Shown here piece after piece: positions 47,894 through 58,237 of a DNA stretch of 64,000 bases. A program made the position numbers and the translations under genes. Each line of letters opens with the position of its first letter. Positions within the stretch are counted from its first letter, which is position 1. The DNA is taken from positions 84,164 to 148,163 of the forward strand of contig JAFGKD010000071.1 in the NCBI GenBank assembly GCA_016928775.1, given 5' to 3'. The DNA comes from Candidatus Zhuqueibacterota bacterium (lineage in GTDB: Bacteria > Zhuqueibacterota > Zhuqueibacteria > Residuimicrobiales > Krinioviventaceae). The notes under the pieces are model-generated. The model was not told where the DNA came from and made no database searches. It saw only the letters and a program-made list of their open reading frames with translations.

Positions 47894-49691
47894 CTGATTG
47901 TCGTTTGTAGATTTCTATTCGTGGAAATGTATACATCATGTCATGCATTGGATAGCGGCCCAGCAAAGGTATACCAAACAGTGTCGGTGAGTTATCAAAT
48001 ACATGGACCAATTTAAATTCAGCTTGCTCGGAGCGTAATTTTGTCAAGGCGTAAAACGAGTCTCGGGTATACTCTGATCTCTCGCCTATTCGCAAAAAAT
48101 CGATATAGTCGTATCTCGACAGCATGATGTACTCGGGTTGCTGTTCCAATACCTCGGCAATGGAAGTACTTTTAAAAAGAGAATAGCGGCTTTCATCAAT
48201 CGGGGGATCATCGCGGTTTTGCATGCCGGTTGAGCTTGTCATCAAACCAACGGGGGTGCTGTGCTGCACCTCACTTTCAAACCATTTTTTTGCGGTGATT
48301 CGAGGATCTTGCGCGACCAGACTCCCGGTGATGAGCGTGGAGTAGACACCCATATAAATAATAGTGCCCACTGTCAACAGGATAGCCACGGATTTGTAGG
48401 CTATTTTTGCGCTTGCCAAACCCCTGGCTAAAAAGTCAGCCGCCAAAATTATCATAAATGGAACCAGAAGCAGCGTATAACGAATAAAAAAATCGTTGGA
48501 TGTCACCAGGGCAAAAAAGTAAAATCCAATCCAAAACAAATATAGAATTTTTACTTTGTCAATCTTGAAAAAAGAGCGCACAAGCCCAACAAGCATGCTC
48601 ACCCACAAGAGTGTGCCACCCCAATTCCGCAGAACCACAAATATCTCATAAAGCACTTTATTGCCGATGCCCAGAAATATCAAACCATGTCCGCGGCGTT
48701 GCACAGTAACCTGAAACATAAAGTCTTTGATAAAAGCCTGCAGATCAAGCACCGTGTAAGGGGAGGTGAATATAAACACCAGAATCGACAACAGACATGG
48801 CGCCAAAAGCTTGATCTTGAACATTTTTTTAGCGAGATGCACAATTCGGTAAATGACCGTACCAGTGGTGGACTCCCACTCGCGCAAGGCGTGCGCGAGA
48901 ATCAGGCACAAAATTACAGCGCCGCCGTTGTATTTTATTCCGGCAGCCAGGCCACCCCAGAGTGCTGCCAAAAGATAATTTTTTAGCGCCCCATGTTCAA
49001 GTACCCTGATCGAATGATAAAATGAGAGAACGACAAACAGCAGGCACGGGACATCGGTCGTGACAAAATGCGAGTGCAACACGTGCACCGGCAAAATTGC
49101 CATAAAAATAAAGCTGAGAAGCGCTGTCCTCGTGCCGAATGTGTGCAGCGCAAGTCTATATACGGCATAAAGTGAGAGGAGGCCAAAGATCGCAATAGTA
49201 ATGCGGTTTGGAATGTAAAATACCGCCGGATCCGTGTGATATAATCCGGTAAAGTGCGATAGTGATACAAAACTGCCCAACAATGTACCACCGATAAAGA
49301 CAATGGCATCAACAAAAAACAGAATATACATGAGAAAAGAAGGATAGATGAACAAATGGGGATTCAAATCGCCGGAGAAAAAGTATACGCCGCGAGCGAT
49401 CATCAATCGTTCATCCGGATGAAAGATATACGGCATCCCCCAGCCAGCGCCGAGAACACGCAGGAGAGTCGCAATCAAAAAAATAGCAAAAAGGATTAGA
49501 ATATTATTTTGCTTGGCAGTTGATGCGTATGGTGACAATAGTGTTTTATCCGACAAATTATGATTTACTGGAATTGTATGGATATTATACAAATTACCTG
49601 TAAATATTGCAGAACAATTAATCGAAATTGTCGTTTTGCGCAGCTGCCAAAATTGCAGCGATGCGGCAAAATGTCCCGCAAAAAGGGACAT
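47886..49691 (-). CDS. GT39/ArnT-like (GT-C) polytopic membrane glycosyltransferase
   Basis: 601 aa polytopic. WGMPYIFHPDERLMIARG loop motif. The true start is uncertain, because there is no ATG between the ORF start and the first TM. Confidence 0.5.
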   Translation of the reverse strand: MSLFAGHFAASLQFWQLRKTTISINCSAIFTGNLYNIHTIPVNHNLSDKTLLSPYASTAKQNNILILFAIFLIATLLRVLGAGWGMPYIFHPDERLMIARGVYFFSGDLNPHLFIYPSFLMYILFFVDAIVFIGGTLLGSFVSLSHFTGLYHTDPAVFYIPNRITIAIFGLLSLYAVYRLALHTFGTRTALLSFIFMAILPVHVLHSHFVTTDVPCLLFVVLSFYHSIRVLEHGALKNYLLAALWGGLAAGIKYNGGAVILCLILAHALREWESTTGTVIYRIVHLAKKMFKIKLLAPCLLSILVFIFTSPYTVLDLQAFIKDFMFQVTVQRRGHGLIFLGIGNKVLYEIFVVLRNWGGTLLWVSMLVGLVRSFFKIDKVKILYLFWIGFYFFALVTSNDFFIRYTLLLVPFMIILAADFLARGLASAKIAYKSVAILLTVGTIIYMGVYSTLITGSLVAQDPRITAKKWFESEVQHSTPVGLMTSSTGMQNRDDPPIDESRYSLFKSTSIAEVLEQQPEYIMLSRYDYIDFLRIGERSEYTRDSFYALTKLRSEQAEFKLVHVFDNSPTLFGIPLLGRYPMHDMMYTFPRIEIYKRQSDE

Positions 49692-50018
49692 CGTAATGAT
49701 GATATGATGATTCAGGTCAACATCTTTTTCTTCAGGGGCGTTTTTTTGCTTCGTAACGAAAGCAAGGAATTGTGAAGTGTCTCATTCCGTATCGCAAAAC
49801 GCCAGTTGAAAAGCCATTGGGCGGAGAGAAGTGGTGAAAAGATCTCTTCAAAACAGGTACATGGCCGAGTTTCGAGATCACTTTGCTTGCTTTGGACGAA
49901 TCGCAGTAACCGCTGCGCTTTTTTTAGAGGCTTTCACATTTGAAATGCGATAAATTTCCGCGCCTGGCAAGGTCTTTGTTCCATAACGGTGTAAAAAATC
50001 AAAATCAAGGAGAGCAGA

Positions 50019-52601
50019 ATGTCAAATCTGTTAATTCGTCGATATGCACTCTTGTCAGCAATCTTTGTCCTTTGGCTATTATTCGGTGCTGCACCATTGT
50101 TTTCCGACTGGATTCTTGAAATTAATGATCCATTAACCAATGGTGTGACCGTTGGTCAGCAGGGCGGTGGTCGATTTACTGACCAGGGATGGAAAACCGA
50201 GACGCGATGGGATCATATTCAATATGATATTGAAACATGTTCTTATGGTAAAATCGAGTTTGACGTGCAGGGCCTGTATGCCAGTAACGAGGTGTTTCCG
50301 AATATCGAATATCATCGCGGTGTTCCGACCGGCGAGGAAGATATGCATTATACGCTGTTCAATATGTGGGATCGTGACGAGAACGATGAGTGGTATGGCC
50401 AAACAATCAACGGCATCCGGCAATGGCATAATCCGTGGAAGTGTCTTTTGCACATCTTTGGTTATGTGGTCGGCGACCGCTACAAATGGGAGCATGGTCG
50501 TTTTCGTTTGAATGTCGGTGCATATAGCGGTGGCTATGATGACGATCCGCATGCTTTTGAGCTCGAGTACGGCCCCGTACATTGGCAGGAAGAACATATC
50601 TTTCATGTGCGTTTGGAGTGGGGCAATGGCCACATGCACTATTATATTGATGATGAACTCCTGCAGCACGCCGATTATAGCTCATTCGGCACAGAATACG
50701 CACCGCCCTATCATAGCATGCGCATTGGTTCCGCAGAGACCGGTTGCAAAGGATTTGATATGCAAGTGCCGCAACAGATCACCTACAAAAATTTCAAATT
50801 TTATCGCAATTTTGACAACACGCCACCAACGGTCACAAACTTTACACCCGGCGACCGATCAGTTGATAATAAAATTGACTCGTACATATCCTTGACGATC
50901 AGTGAGAGCTTTGATTTTGCCTCGGCACAAGCAGCTTTTACACTGAGCCCGCATGTCGAGGGTGAGCTTGTATCCACCGGAACAACTCTATATTACGAAT
51001 TGGCCGAACTGCTCTCTCCCAATACAACCTACAATGTCACCTTATCCGACGCACTGATGGATCAGGCCGGTAATCATATGGAACATATATTTAAAGCGAC
51101 TTTTTCAACCGGCAGCGCGGAGATCAAAAAAGTTGAAAAAAACGGCATATTCGAATTACCCATCGTCGCAACCGGCATCAGCGGCAACAAGTACAAAGAT
51201 GCCAGACTGCACGGCGTTTTTCGCGGGCCAACACAAACGATCGACATTGATGGCTTTTGGAACGGCGGGGATCTCTGGAAAATTCGCATGATGCCGACGG
51301 AAGTGGGGCAATGGACGTATACGTTGTCAGGATCGCACAGCGCTTTTACGAAAAGCGGATCTTTTACGGTCGTTCAGTCCACGAAAAAAGGGCACATTCG
51401 CGCCAATCCTGATCATCCGTACACATTCATGTGGGATGATGGCACGCCCTGGATGTGGCACGGAGAGACGTCATGGCGCCTGTTCACCCAGCTTTATCCC
51501 TATAACAGTCGTTTCAAAGAGTACATTGATTATCGATATGCCCAGGGATATAATGTCGTGCAGGCTATCGTGGTGAGCTATATCAACGGTGACGCCTTTT
51601 GGGCGAACGAAGGCGGTCCTGTTTTTGCCTTGACACAGGACGGCAAGGATTATGATCATCTGAATCCCGGCTATTTTCAATGGATGGATCGACGTATCGA
51701 ATATATGAATGGCCTTGATATGGCGCCGGTGATCTTTTTTACCTGGGCGCAGGAATTTGTCAAGTTTTCGGATGACCAGTTCAAACGTTATGTCGAGTAC
51801 ATGGTGGCACGATTCGCCGCCTACAATGTGTTCTGGTGTCTGTCGGGTGAACACAGCGAGGTTTACGTGGATTATGGTCTCTCGCCATCCGTGTGGCGGC
51901 AGCACGGACAAACTGTAGCCGCTGTGGATCCCTACGATCATCCGGTCACCCTGCATCCTGGTCCAAATTCGCGGTCGAGCGCCGAATTTGCCTATGATGA
52001 CTGGTTTGGCTTTATCATGCACCAGTCACCGGATTTTCACTCGCTCGTTCTCAAAGATCGGGTGCATGCCAAACCGGTTGTCAATGGCGAGTACGCCTAT
52101 GCCGGCTGGACAGCCGATGATAACTGGCTGCGCTACGGTGCCTGGGAGATTTTTACTGCGGGTGGATTCTCGACTGCCGGATTTTTCACCACCTTTGCGC
52201 CGGATAAAGGCGGCTATGATTTGAATGCGAATATGCAGCAACAACAGGAAATGGAATACTTTCACAGCTTTACCAAACAGGTCGCCTGGTGGAGGATGCA
52301 GCCGCATGATGAGCTCGCGAGCAAAGGCTACTGTCTCGCCAATCCCGGCAGCGAGTATGTCGTTTATTCTCGCGATGGCGGTAACACCAGTGTGAATCTT
52401 GCTGCAGCAACCGGTGATTTAAAAGTCCGATGGCTCAATCCCAAAACGGGCGACTACTCGACCGGCGCAACCGTCACTGGAGGCGGAACTGTCTCGCTGA
52501 CACCGCCTTTCACTGGCGAGTGGGTACTGCATCTGGGAGGTGAGTTTGATATGGCGGCGCCGGCTGCACCAACCGGACTGGTGTTGGAAGAGAGTCAGTA
52601 A
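50019..52601 (+). CDS. Secreted multidomain glycoside hydrolase-like protein (jelly-roll N-domain, Ig-like domain, DUF5060 + DUF4038/GH140-like catalytic region)
   Basis: DDGTPWMWHGETSWRLF matches the DUF4038 start motif (DGTPFFWLGDTAW) of GH140-type enzymes. It is preceded by a WKIRMMPTEVGQWTYTL DUF5060-like Ig domain. Confidence 0.45.
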   Translation: MSNLLIRRYALLSAIFVLWLLFGAAPLFSDWILEINDPLTNGVTVGQQGGGRFTDQGWKTETRWDHIQYDIETCSYGKIEFDVQGLYASNEVFPNIEYHRGVPTGEEDMHYTLFNMWDRDENDEWYGQTINGIRQWHNPWKCLLHIFGYVVGDRYKWEHGRFRLNVGAYSGGYDDDPHAFELEYGPVHWQEEHIFHVRLEWGNGHMHYYIDDELLQHADYSSFGTEYAPPYHSMRIGSAETGCKGFDMQVPQQITYKNFKFYRNFDNTPPTVTNFTPGDRSVDNKIDSYISLTISESFDFASAQAAFTLSPHVEGELVSTGTTLYYELAELLSPNTTYNVTLSDALMDQAGNHMEHIFKATFSTGSAEIKKVEKNGIFELPIVATGISGNKYKDARLHGVFRGPTQTIDIDGFWNGGDLWKIRMMPTEVGQWTYTLSGSHSAFTKSGSFTVVQSTKKGHIRANPDHPYTFMWDDGTPWMWHGETSWRLFTQLYPYNSRFKEYIDYRYAQGYNVVQAIVVSYINGDAFWANEGGPVFALTQDGKDYDHLNPGYFQWMDRRIEYMNGLDMAPVIFFTWAQEFVKFSDDQFKRYVEYMVARFAAYNVFWCLSGEHSEVYVDYGLSPSVWRQHGQTVAAVDPYDHPVTLHPGPNSRSSAEFAYDDWFGFIMHQSPDFHSLVLKDRVHAKPVVNGEYAYAGWTADDNWLRYGAWEIFTAGGFSTAGFFTTFAPDKGGYDLNANMQQQQEMEYFHSFTKQVAWWRMQPHDELASKGYCLANPGSEYVVYSRDGGNTSVNLAAATGDLKVRWLNPKTGDYSTGATVTGGGTVSLTPPFTGEWVLHLGGEFDMAAPAAPTGLVLEESQ

Positions 52602-52626
52602 TTTTCTTTAGCCTGAAAAATACATT

Positions 52627-52667
52627 CACACGAAGACACAAAGACAGTTTCTTGGTGGCTTCGTGTG
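52627..52667 (-). terminator. Rho-independent terminator candidate between convergent genes
   Basis: Stem cacacgaag / cttcgtgtg with a 23-nt loop. It is followed on the minus strand by a T-run (ATGTATTTTTCAG). Confidence 0.4.
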
Positions 52668-52699
52668 AAAAGTCTGTTCCATTATTACTGTAATGGCAT

Positions 52700-54640
52700 T
52701 CATTCACAACGAATCACAAATCCGCCATACGGCAGCATTTTGATGTCCTGAGCACCAACCGAGAGCGTCCGAATATCAAACGAGTCTTTTGTCGCATCAC
52801 CTATCAATAACGCCTCGTTTGCTGCAAATTGACTCAAGTCTATAGTGACATTTTTTTCTTCCTTCAAACCACTGATGCCGGCGATTGTCCAGCTATCACC
52901 TTTCCGACGAGCCAATACAACGAATTCGCCAGGTTGGCCCGCTATAAACTTGATCTCATCCCAGGTCGTCGGTACATCTTTGAGGAACTGTTTTGCCGCG
53001 TCGGGCAACGTGAGGTAGCCGGCGGGCTGGTCCGCAAAATGCTGGATGCCGGATTGAAAAACCACTGACAACGCCAGCTCATGTCCGACGGTGGTAAGAT
53101 GCGGATATTCCATATTGGTAAAGGTGACCGGCGTGTAATCCATTGGGCCAATGACATTACGAGTGAACACCAGATTCACATTGTGCCACACCGCTTTTTC
53201 CGGATATTCGGGGGCAAATTTGTAACTCTCGGCGCCGCGCATCGACTCTAACGTCAACATATTTGGATAGGTGCGCTCCCAGCCGCGCGGGATCGTGCAC
53301 CCGTGAAAATTGACCAGGATGTTGTAATCATTGGCATCTTTCATCAAATCAATATAATATTGAATCGCCGCCTGTTTGTCGCTGTGCCAAAAATCGACTT
53401 TGACGCCCTTGACGCCAATTTCCTGCAGCCACGCGAATTCTTGACGACGCCGTTCTTTTTCATACAAACGGTCGCGTGGCGCTTCGGTGACAATGTTGTG
53501 CGGGCCGCCGGAATTGTACCACACCAAAACGCCGATGCCTTTTTCGTTCGCATAATTGACAAAGTCGAGCAAATCTTCCATCGGTTCATAATTCCAGTTG
53601 GCGTCGAGCAGATAGTATTCCCACCCCATTTCAACCGCGAGATCGATAAAGGTCTTTTGTTTGGCGAAATTGCGCGGACTATCGCTGTCCGACCACCAGC
53701 TCCACGCCGCGCGTCCGGGTTTAATATAATCGCCAACCGGGAAAGCCGGCGGATCGGCCAAATGTGTGACCAGGTTTGATTCGACGATATCCCCGGGCTC
53801 GTCACCAACAATGATGACTTTCCAGGAAGATTCCCACGGCAGGGAAACAACCGGGGTCACGGCACCGACACCTTCACCATCGGCTTCTTCGGGAAAGCGC
53901 ACTTTATAGAGTCCATCGGGGGCGTCCTGATGCAGGCGAGTACCGCAATAGGAACCATTCAAGCCGGACTCGCTGAGCAGGACGTAGTTTTGCCCCTCAT
54001 TGATCCTGAACAGGGCCGGAAAAGCCCAGCCGGCTTCGGTAGGTGAGGAGGAGCCGACCTCATACTGGCCATAGTAATTCTCATACGCCGGCCACCATTG
54101 GCCGGGATTGTCGTACGGCATGATAAAGGCCGTGCCGGCCGGTATTTTAAAGCCGGTGACTTCGCCGGTGATCACTTTTTCGCCCTCGCCGGGAAGCGCA
54201 TATTTTAAACCCACGCCGTCGTTATAGGCGCGAACAATAACCTCACATCGAGCGTTCTTTTCATTCATGAACGTAAGAGTGAGCTGACTGGCATTGTTGG
54301 TCAGATCACTTTTTTTGCCGTTGTGCAGGGTGTACTTTTCGTTGATCTTTTGTCTCGATTTGGCAAGAAAAATGAGGTTTTCCGAAAAAGAGTCGTCCTC
54401 ACAGTCAAGGCCAAGCGGCGAAGCTTTGATAACCGTTTGTGAACCACAGCTAACCTGGTACTGGAGTCGACCTTGACTGCTGAGCGTTGACTCGCCCTGC
54501 TCGTCCTGAGCGAGCTCCAGTGTGACAACAATTTGACCATCAGGCGATTTGACAACCCATCGATTGGGATTGTTGATAAAGGAACACATCATCAGCAAAG
54601 CTGTCAAGACAAACAGGCAGGCTAAAATAAAGTATCGCAT
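52700..54640 (-). CDS. Glycoside hydrolase family 97 (alpha-glucosidase/alpha-galactosidase type)
   Basis: 646 aa, signal peptide. The catalytic-region blocks GIGVLVWYNSGG and GVKGVKVDFWHSDKQ...VNFHGCTIPRGWERTYPN are typical of GH97. Confidence 0.8.
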   Translation of the reverse strand: MRYFILACLFVLTALLMMCSFINNPNRWVVKSPDGQIVVTLELAQDEQGESTLSSQGRLQYQVSCGSQTVIKASPLGLDCEDDSFSENLIFLAKSRQKINEKYTLHNGKKSDLTNNASQLTLTFMNEKNARCEVIVRAYNDGVGLKYALPGEGEKVITGEVTGFKIPAGTAFIMPYDNPGQWWPAYENYYGQYEVGSSSPTEAGWAFPALFRINEGQNYVLLSESGLNGSYCGTRLHQDAPDGLYKVRFPEEADGEGVGAVTPVVSLPWESSWKVIIVGDEPGDIVESNLVTHLADPPAFPVGDYIKPGRAAWSWWSDSDSPRNFAKQKTFIDLAVEMGWEYYLLDANWNYEPMEDLLDFVNYANEKGIGVLVWYNSGGPHNIVTEAPRDRLYEKERRRQEFAWLQEIGVKGVKVDFWHSDKQAAIQYYIDLMKDANDYNILVNFHGCTIPRGWERTYPNMLTLESMRGAESYKFAPEYPEKAVWHNVNLVFTRNVIGPMDYTPVTFTNMEYPHLTTVGHELALSVVFQSGIQHFADQPAGYLTLPDAAKQFLKDVPTTWDEIKFIAGQPGEFVVLARRKGDSWTIAGISGLKEEKNVTIDLSQFAANEALLIGDATKDSFDIRTLSVGAQDIKMLPYGGFVIRCE

Positions 54641-54680
54641 ACGTTACTCCTCAAAAAGTGTTATTGTGTAGTTTTGTTCT

Positions 54681-56486
54681 CTATTTCTTTTCGATCAGCC
54701 GACATACCTTCAGGCCATTTTCCGCCAACATCGCAGGTATTTCTTTGATCGCATTTATATCATATTGCTGAATATCAGGAGAGAGCTCCTGCCACGGCAG
54801 TAAATTATCGTGCAGTTTTCGCTCGTCGTCGCGCTCACCGTAGGTCCACCCGGACATAATTTTATCGGCCATCCATCGGTTGTGCTCCATTCGAGCCAAT
54901 TGATAAACAACCTCTACGTCGCTGGTGAAATCATATTCCGGCCGGGTGTCATGCAATGGCGCCAATTCACAGCCGATAGCGCGTAATTTAACCGGAATAT
55001 GCTCGGCCAAACTACGATTGCTCACTTTGATTTCCTCCGGCAGCTCGTTCCAGGGTACCATTGCCGGTTTGGGCCTGGGCTCGGCATCAATAGTACATTC
55101 GCCTCGCTGATAGCGCTGCCGGAAATCCTGTTTCTTTTGATCAAAGATGTCTTGTTCCCGTCGCAGATAGCAGAGGTGGAAATGTCTGGCTAACGCTTCC
55201 AGTTCTTCTTCGATGATGACCTTTTTATCATAAGCTTGAAAAAACGGATTGATGGCTATAACGTTTTGGGCTTGTGTTATCCCGGACAATGGCGGCAGAT
55301 CATCGTTGTGGCAAATGATATAAAAAATCCGTTTAGCGAGCGTTTGTCTGAGCGCATGAAAGGTTAAAATTTGCTCGGATATATTGTTTTGGCAGAGATA
55401 AACCACCGAAATGGAACCAATAAATTCCTGGTACTGCGACTGACGGGAGCTCGAGCTTTCGGATAAATGCTGTTTAAAATCAACATCTGCAATGAGGGGC
55501 AGATCGGGATAGCGAGTGTAAAAATCCATTTTATTGGATTCGGCTTTTCGATCAATGATGGTCAGGCGAATTTTTTGACAATCAATGAATTGGCCGATAC
55601 GAATCAATTGCATGGTCAATGCTTCGCCAAAATCGCCGAATCCAACGACCAGGCAGTGCCTGGGCTTTGTGACATATTCGGCTGACTTTTGGTAATGAAC
55701 AGGTGCAAAAATGTCCGGGGCGAATTTTTTACCAATGATGCGCGCGGCATTGTAATAGCCGTTATAGAGGCGCCCGTCAAAATAGGGAGTTGTTTTGGTG
55801 ACGACATCCAGATCGTTCAGCTCGGCTAACAGCTTTGTATTGCTGATATGCGCCCAGGCGAGGAGCAGGCTGGATGTGCTTTCTTTTTTAATGTCCAGCG
55901 CCAGACGGAGAATGTGGATATTGGTAATGTCGTCACTGGTTGTGGCGATGAGGTATTTCGCCCGTCCTACTCCGGCTAATCGCAAACGTGAAAATGGTGA
56001 ATCGGACGGCGATATATGAATGACATACCGCGTGGAGAGCCACTCCCGGGTAGACTCGTTGGTATCGATATAGACGATTCTGGTTTTTGGCTCAGCCTGG
56101 ATAAAGCTCTCCAGCGTATGTCGGGCATGCTCACTTGCTCCATACAAAATGACATGGTTTTTCCAGAGGGAGATGCGTCGGTATAAAATGGTCCTCCGAA
56201 AAACCGCGACATAAATTTTAGTCGCTCCCCAAATGAGCAGAACGGTGCCGGTCCAGCTCGCTAATTTGATTAAAATATTATGATTTTTGTCAAAGTCGTA
56301 CTCGAGAATGAACAATTGCAAGGTGTCATACAGTGCCCGTTGCATCACATCAAGAGTGACACCGTTGACGCCATAATATTGAATATACCCCGTTATGCCC
56401 AAAGCGAGTGTGATCACACAGCTCACGACAGGCAGCAACGCTCCCTTGAAACTGTCGCGCAGCCATCTTTTTTTTTCGGGTTGCAT
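54681..56486 (-). CDS. Membrane protein with two Rossmann/RCK(TrkA-N)-like domains and a C-terminal RyR (ryanodine-receptor) domain
   Basis: N-terminal TM helices. HVILYGASEHARHT and HCLVVGFGDFGEA are Rossmann starts. C-terminal MEHNRWMADKIMSGWTYGERDDERKLHDNLLPWQEL matches the bacterial RyR domain pattern. Confidence 0.55.
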   Translation of the reverse strand: MQPEKKRWLRDSFKGALLPVVSCVITLALGITGYIQYYGVNGVTLDVMQRALYDTLQLFILEYDFDKNHNILIKLASWTGTVLLIWGATKIYVAVFRRTILYRRISLWKNHVILYGASEHARHTLESFIQAEPKTRIVYIDTNESTREWLSTRYVIHISPSDSPFSRLRLAGVGRAKYLIATTSDDITNIHILRLALDIKKESTSSLLLAWAHISNTKLLAELNDLDVVTKTTPYFDGRLYNGYYNAARIIGKKFAPDIFAPVHYQKSAEYVTKPRHCLVVGFGDFGEALTMQLIRIGQFIDCQKIRLTIIDRKAESNKMDFYTRYPDLPLIADVDFKQHLSESSSSRQSQYQEFIGSISVVYLCQNNISEQILTFHALRQTLAKRIFYIICHNDDLPPLSGITQAQNVIAINPFFQAYDKKVIIEEELEALARHFHLCYLRREQDIFDQKKQDFRQRYQRGECTIDAEPRPKPAMVPWNELPEEIKVSNRSLAEHIPVKLRAIGCELAPLHDTRPEYDFTSDVEVVYQLARMEHNRWMADKIMSGWTYGERDDERKLHDNLLPWQELSPDIQQYDINAIKEIPAMLAENGLKVCRLIEKK

Positions 56487-56598
56487 GATTCCCTCGGAGT
56501 TTGAAAGTGAGCAATCTTTGCTGACTATTTAATGCAGTGCCCGGGATCGCACATAGCAGTATGATTCGAGCAGCACACGACACACGCAACCATTTGTG

Positions 56599-57459
56599 TC
56601 ATTGTTGAAAAAATTTGACTTTTGCCAGATACTCGAAGCAGCGTGCTGCGAGGCGCTGCAATTCAGCATTCTGCCGGCTTGATGGCTTGCCGAGACCGGA
56701 ACCCTCCACTGTCAAATTAAAATTGACACCAGTGACTGTATTGCCATTTAAAATCCTGACAGGCACAGGATGAATATCATTGGGCAAACGGCTCATGGTA
56801 GCTTGATCCATCCAGGTCAGGGCATATTGCTTGGGAATATAGAGCGCAATAATAGCATAATCGCCATTCTCGAGACCTTGAATAATATAGGCACCGGATT
56901 GTGACATAAAGGCGGCTCCCATTTTCCCTGTTGTCAAATCTGCTGCCGTCACAATCGCTGCACCCTGGCCAAAATCGCCGGTCACGCTCAAGCTGCCGGT
57001 TATTTTACCGCCAGTCACTTTGGGCATGTTTTTGCTAAAGGCGTAAGTGTCCTCGCCTTCGACAAAATGTAATTTGCTGTCCTGAAGATAAATTTCATCA
57101 GCATAGACAAGACCGCCCATCAGGTCAGCGAACATCATCTGCAGGCAATTTTGCGTCGACGGATCAACATCCGGTGCAATAAACATATATTCGCCATCTT
57201 TCACATCATAATCGATTTCCAGCAATGACACCTCGGCTGCTCCGTTCATCACGCCTATTGAAGCGGTGCTATCGTTTCGGTTATTCAGAAAAAGCATTAT
57301 AGCCATGCCTGAGTCTTCGTCACGATGCAGGTGATACCATGTGCCGGCAATGGTTTGCATGGTGATTTTGTCAATTTTGGGTGAAACGGGATCATCTTCT
57401 TTGCAGCAAAAAGTAACGAGCACTAAAACAAAAATCACACAAATCAGTTTTTGTGCCAT
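56599..57459 (-). CDS. Hypothetical secreted protein
   Basis: Signal peptide (MAQKLICVIFVLVLVTFCC). 286 aa. No recognisable motifs. Confidence 0.5.
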   Translation of the reverse strand: MAQKLICVIFVLVLVTFCCKEDDPVSPKIDKITMQTIAGTWYHLHRDEDSGMAIMLFLNNRNDSTASIGVMNGAAEVSLLEIDYDVKDGEYMFIAPDVDPSTQNCLQMMFADLMGGLVYADEIYLQDSKLHFVEGEDTYAFSKNMPKVTGGKITGSLSVTGDFGQGAAIVTAADLTTGKMGAAFMSQSGAYIIQGLENGDYAIIALYIPKQYALTWMDQATMSRLPNDIHPVPVRILNGNTVTGVNFNLTVEGSGLGKPSSRQNAELQRLAARCFEYLAKVKFFQQ

Positions 57460-58237
57460 TTTTCAAATCTCCTCTTTTATGAAATGTGCCGGTAAAAGAT
57501 CAGCATTTTTAAGGTGACATCAAAGCTTAAAATAGCTTTTAATGGCGTATTCGAACCAGGGTGCGGGAAGACAGGACTTGAAGAATCGCCGACATAAAAA
57601 ATTGGACTCGGAATCCTCAATCCTAACGCAAGTTCACCATTCCATTGAATAGACATAGGTTTTTTATTAGACTTGCCTCCATTTTCGTTCTTTGATATAA
57701 CTTATGGGTCACTACAGATTTTGATGATGTTGAGTGACAAATGAGTGAAATCGGTATGAATGAGTTCATCGAGTCCGGATATCTCTTGCGTCCAGAGGTG
57801 CAAATGCCTTTCACTCCCGGGATGCACCAGACGCCCAATAATCAAGAGCATGGCAATCTCGATTTGACGTGTGCTGAATCCGCATGTTTTAAGGCATTGA
57901 CGCAGATGCAGTTTGTTGAAAAAAGTGAAATCCAGGTATTCACCGCCAATGCATGGCTTCATTACGGTTGGTCAGGATCTCCCACTTTTCTTTGGCAATG
58001 GGTAGACGGCCCAAAGACAATTTTAATGGTTTTTGGGCTGTTTTTATATATTCTGTGGTGAACTTTTAAGAAATTGTTTAAAAACCGGGTGACATAGCCG
58101 CAGATCTTTCACTCGAGGGCTGACCAGTAGTTAATAAATTTCGAGAATATCCTCCATTGCACAAATCCGATAATATTCATAATTTCCTGTTGTTTTGTGA
58201 GCAGAATAGATTGGGTGAACCTTAGCACGAACATTGT

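Noticed and set aside
49692-50018. Possible small RNA/tRNA in the 330-bp intergenic region upstream of the GH140-like gene
   Set aside because: No cloverleaf or conserved RNA motif could be recognised by eye. It is probably just a promoter region.
57480-57700. tRNA-like sequence (ggcgtattcgaaccagg resembles a T-arm GGTTCGAA)
   Set aside because: No complementary acceptor or T stems flank it on either strand. There is no cloverleaf and no CCA-adjacent discriminator context.
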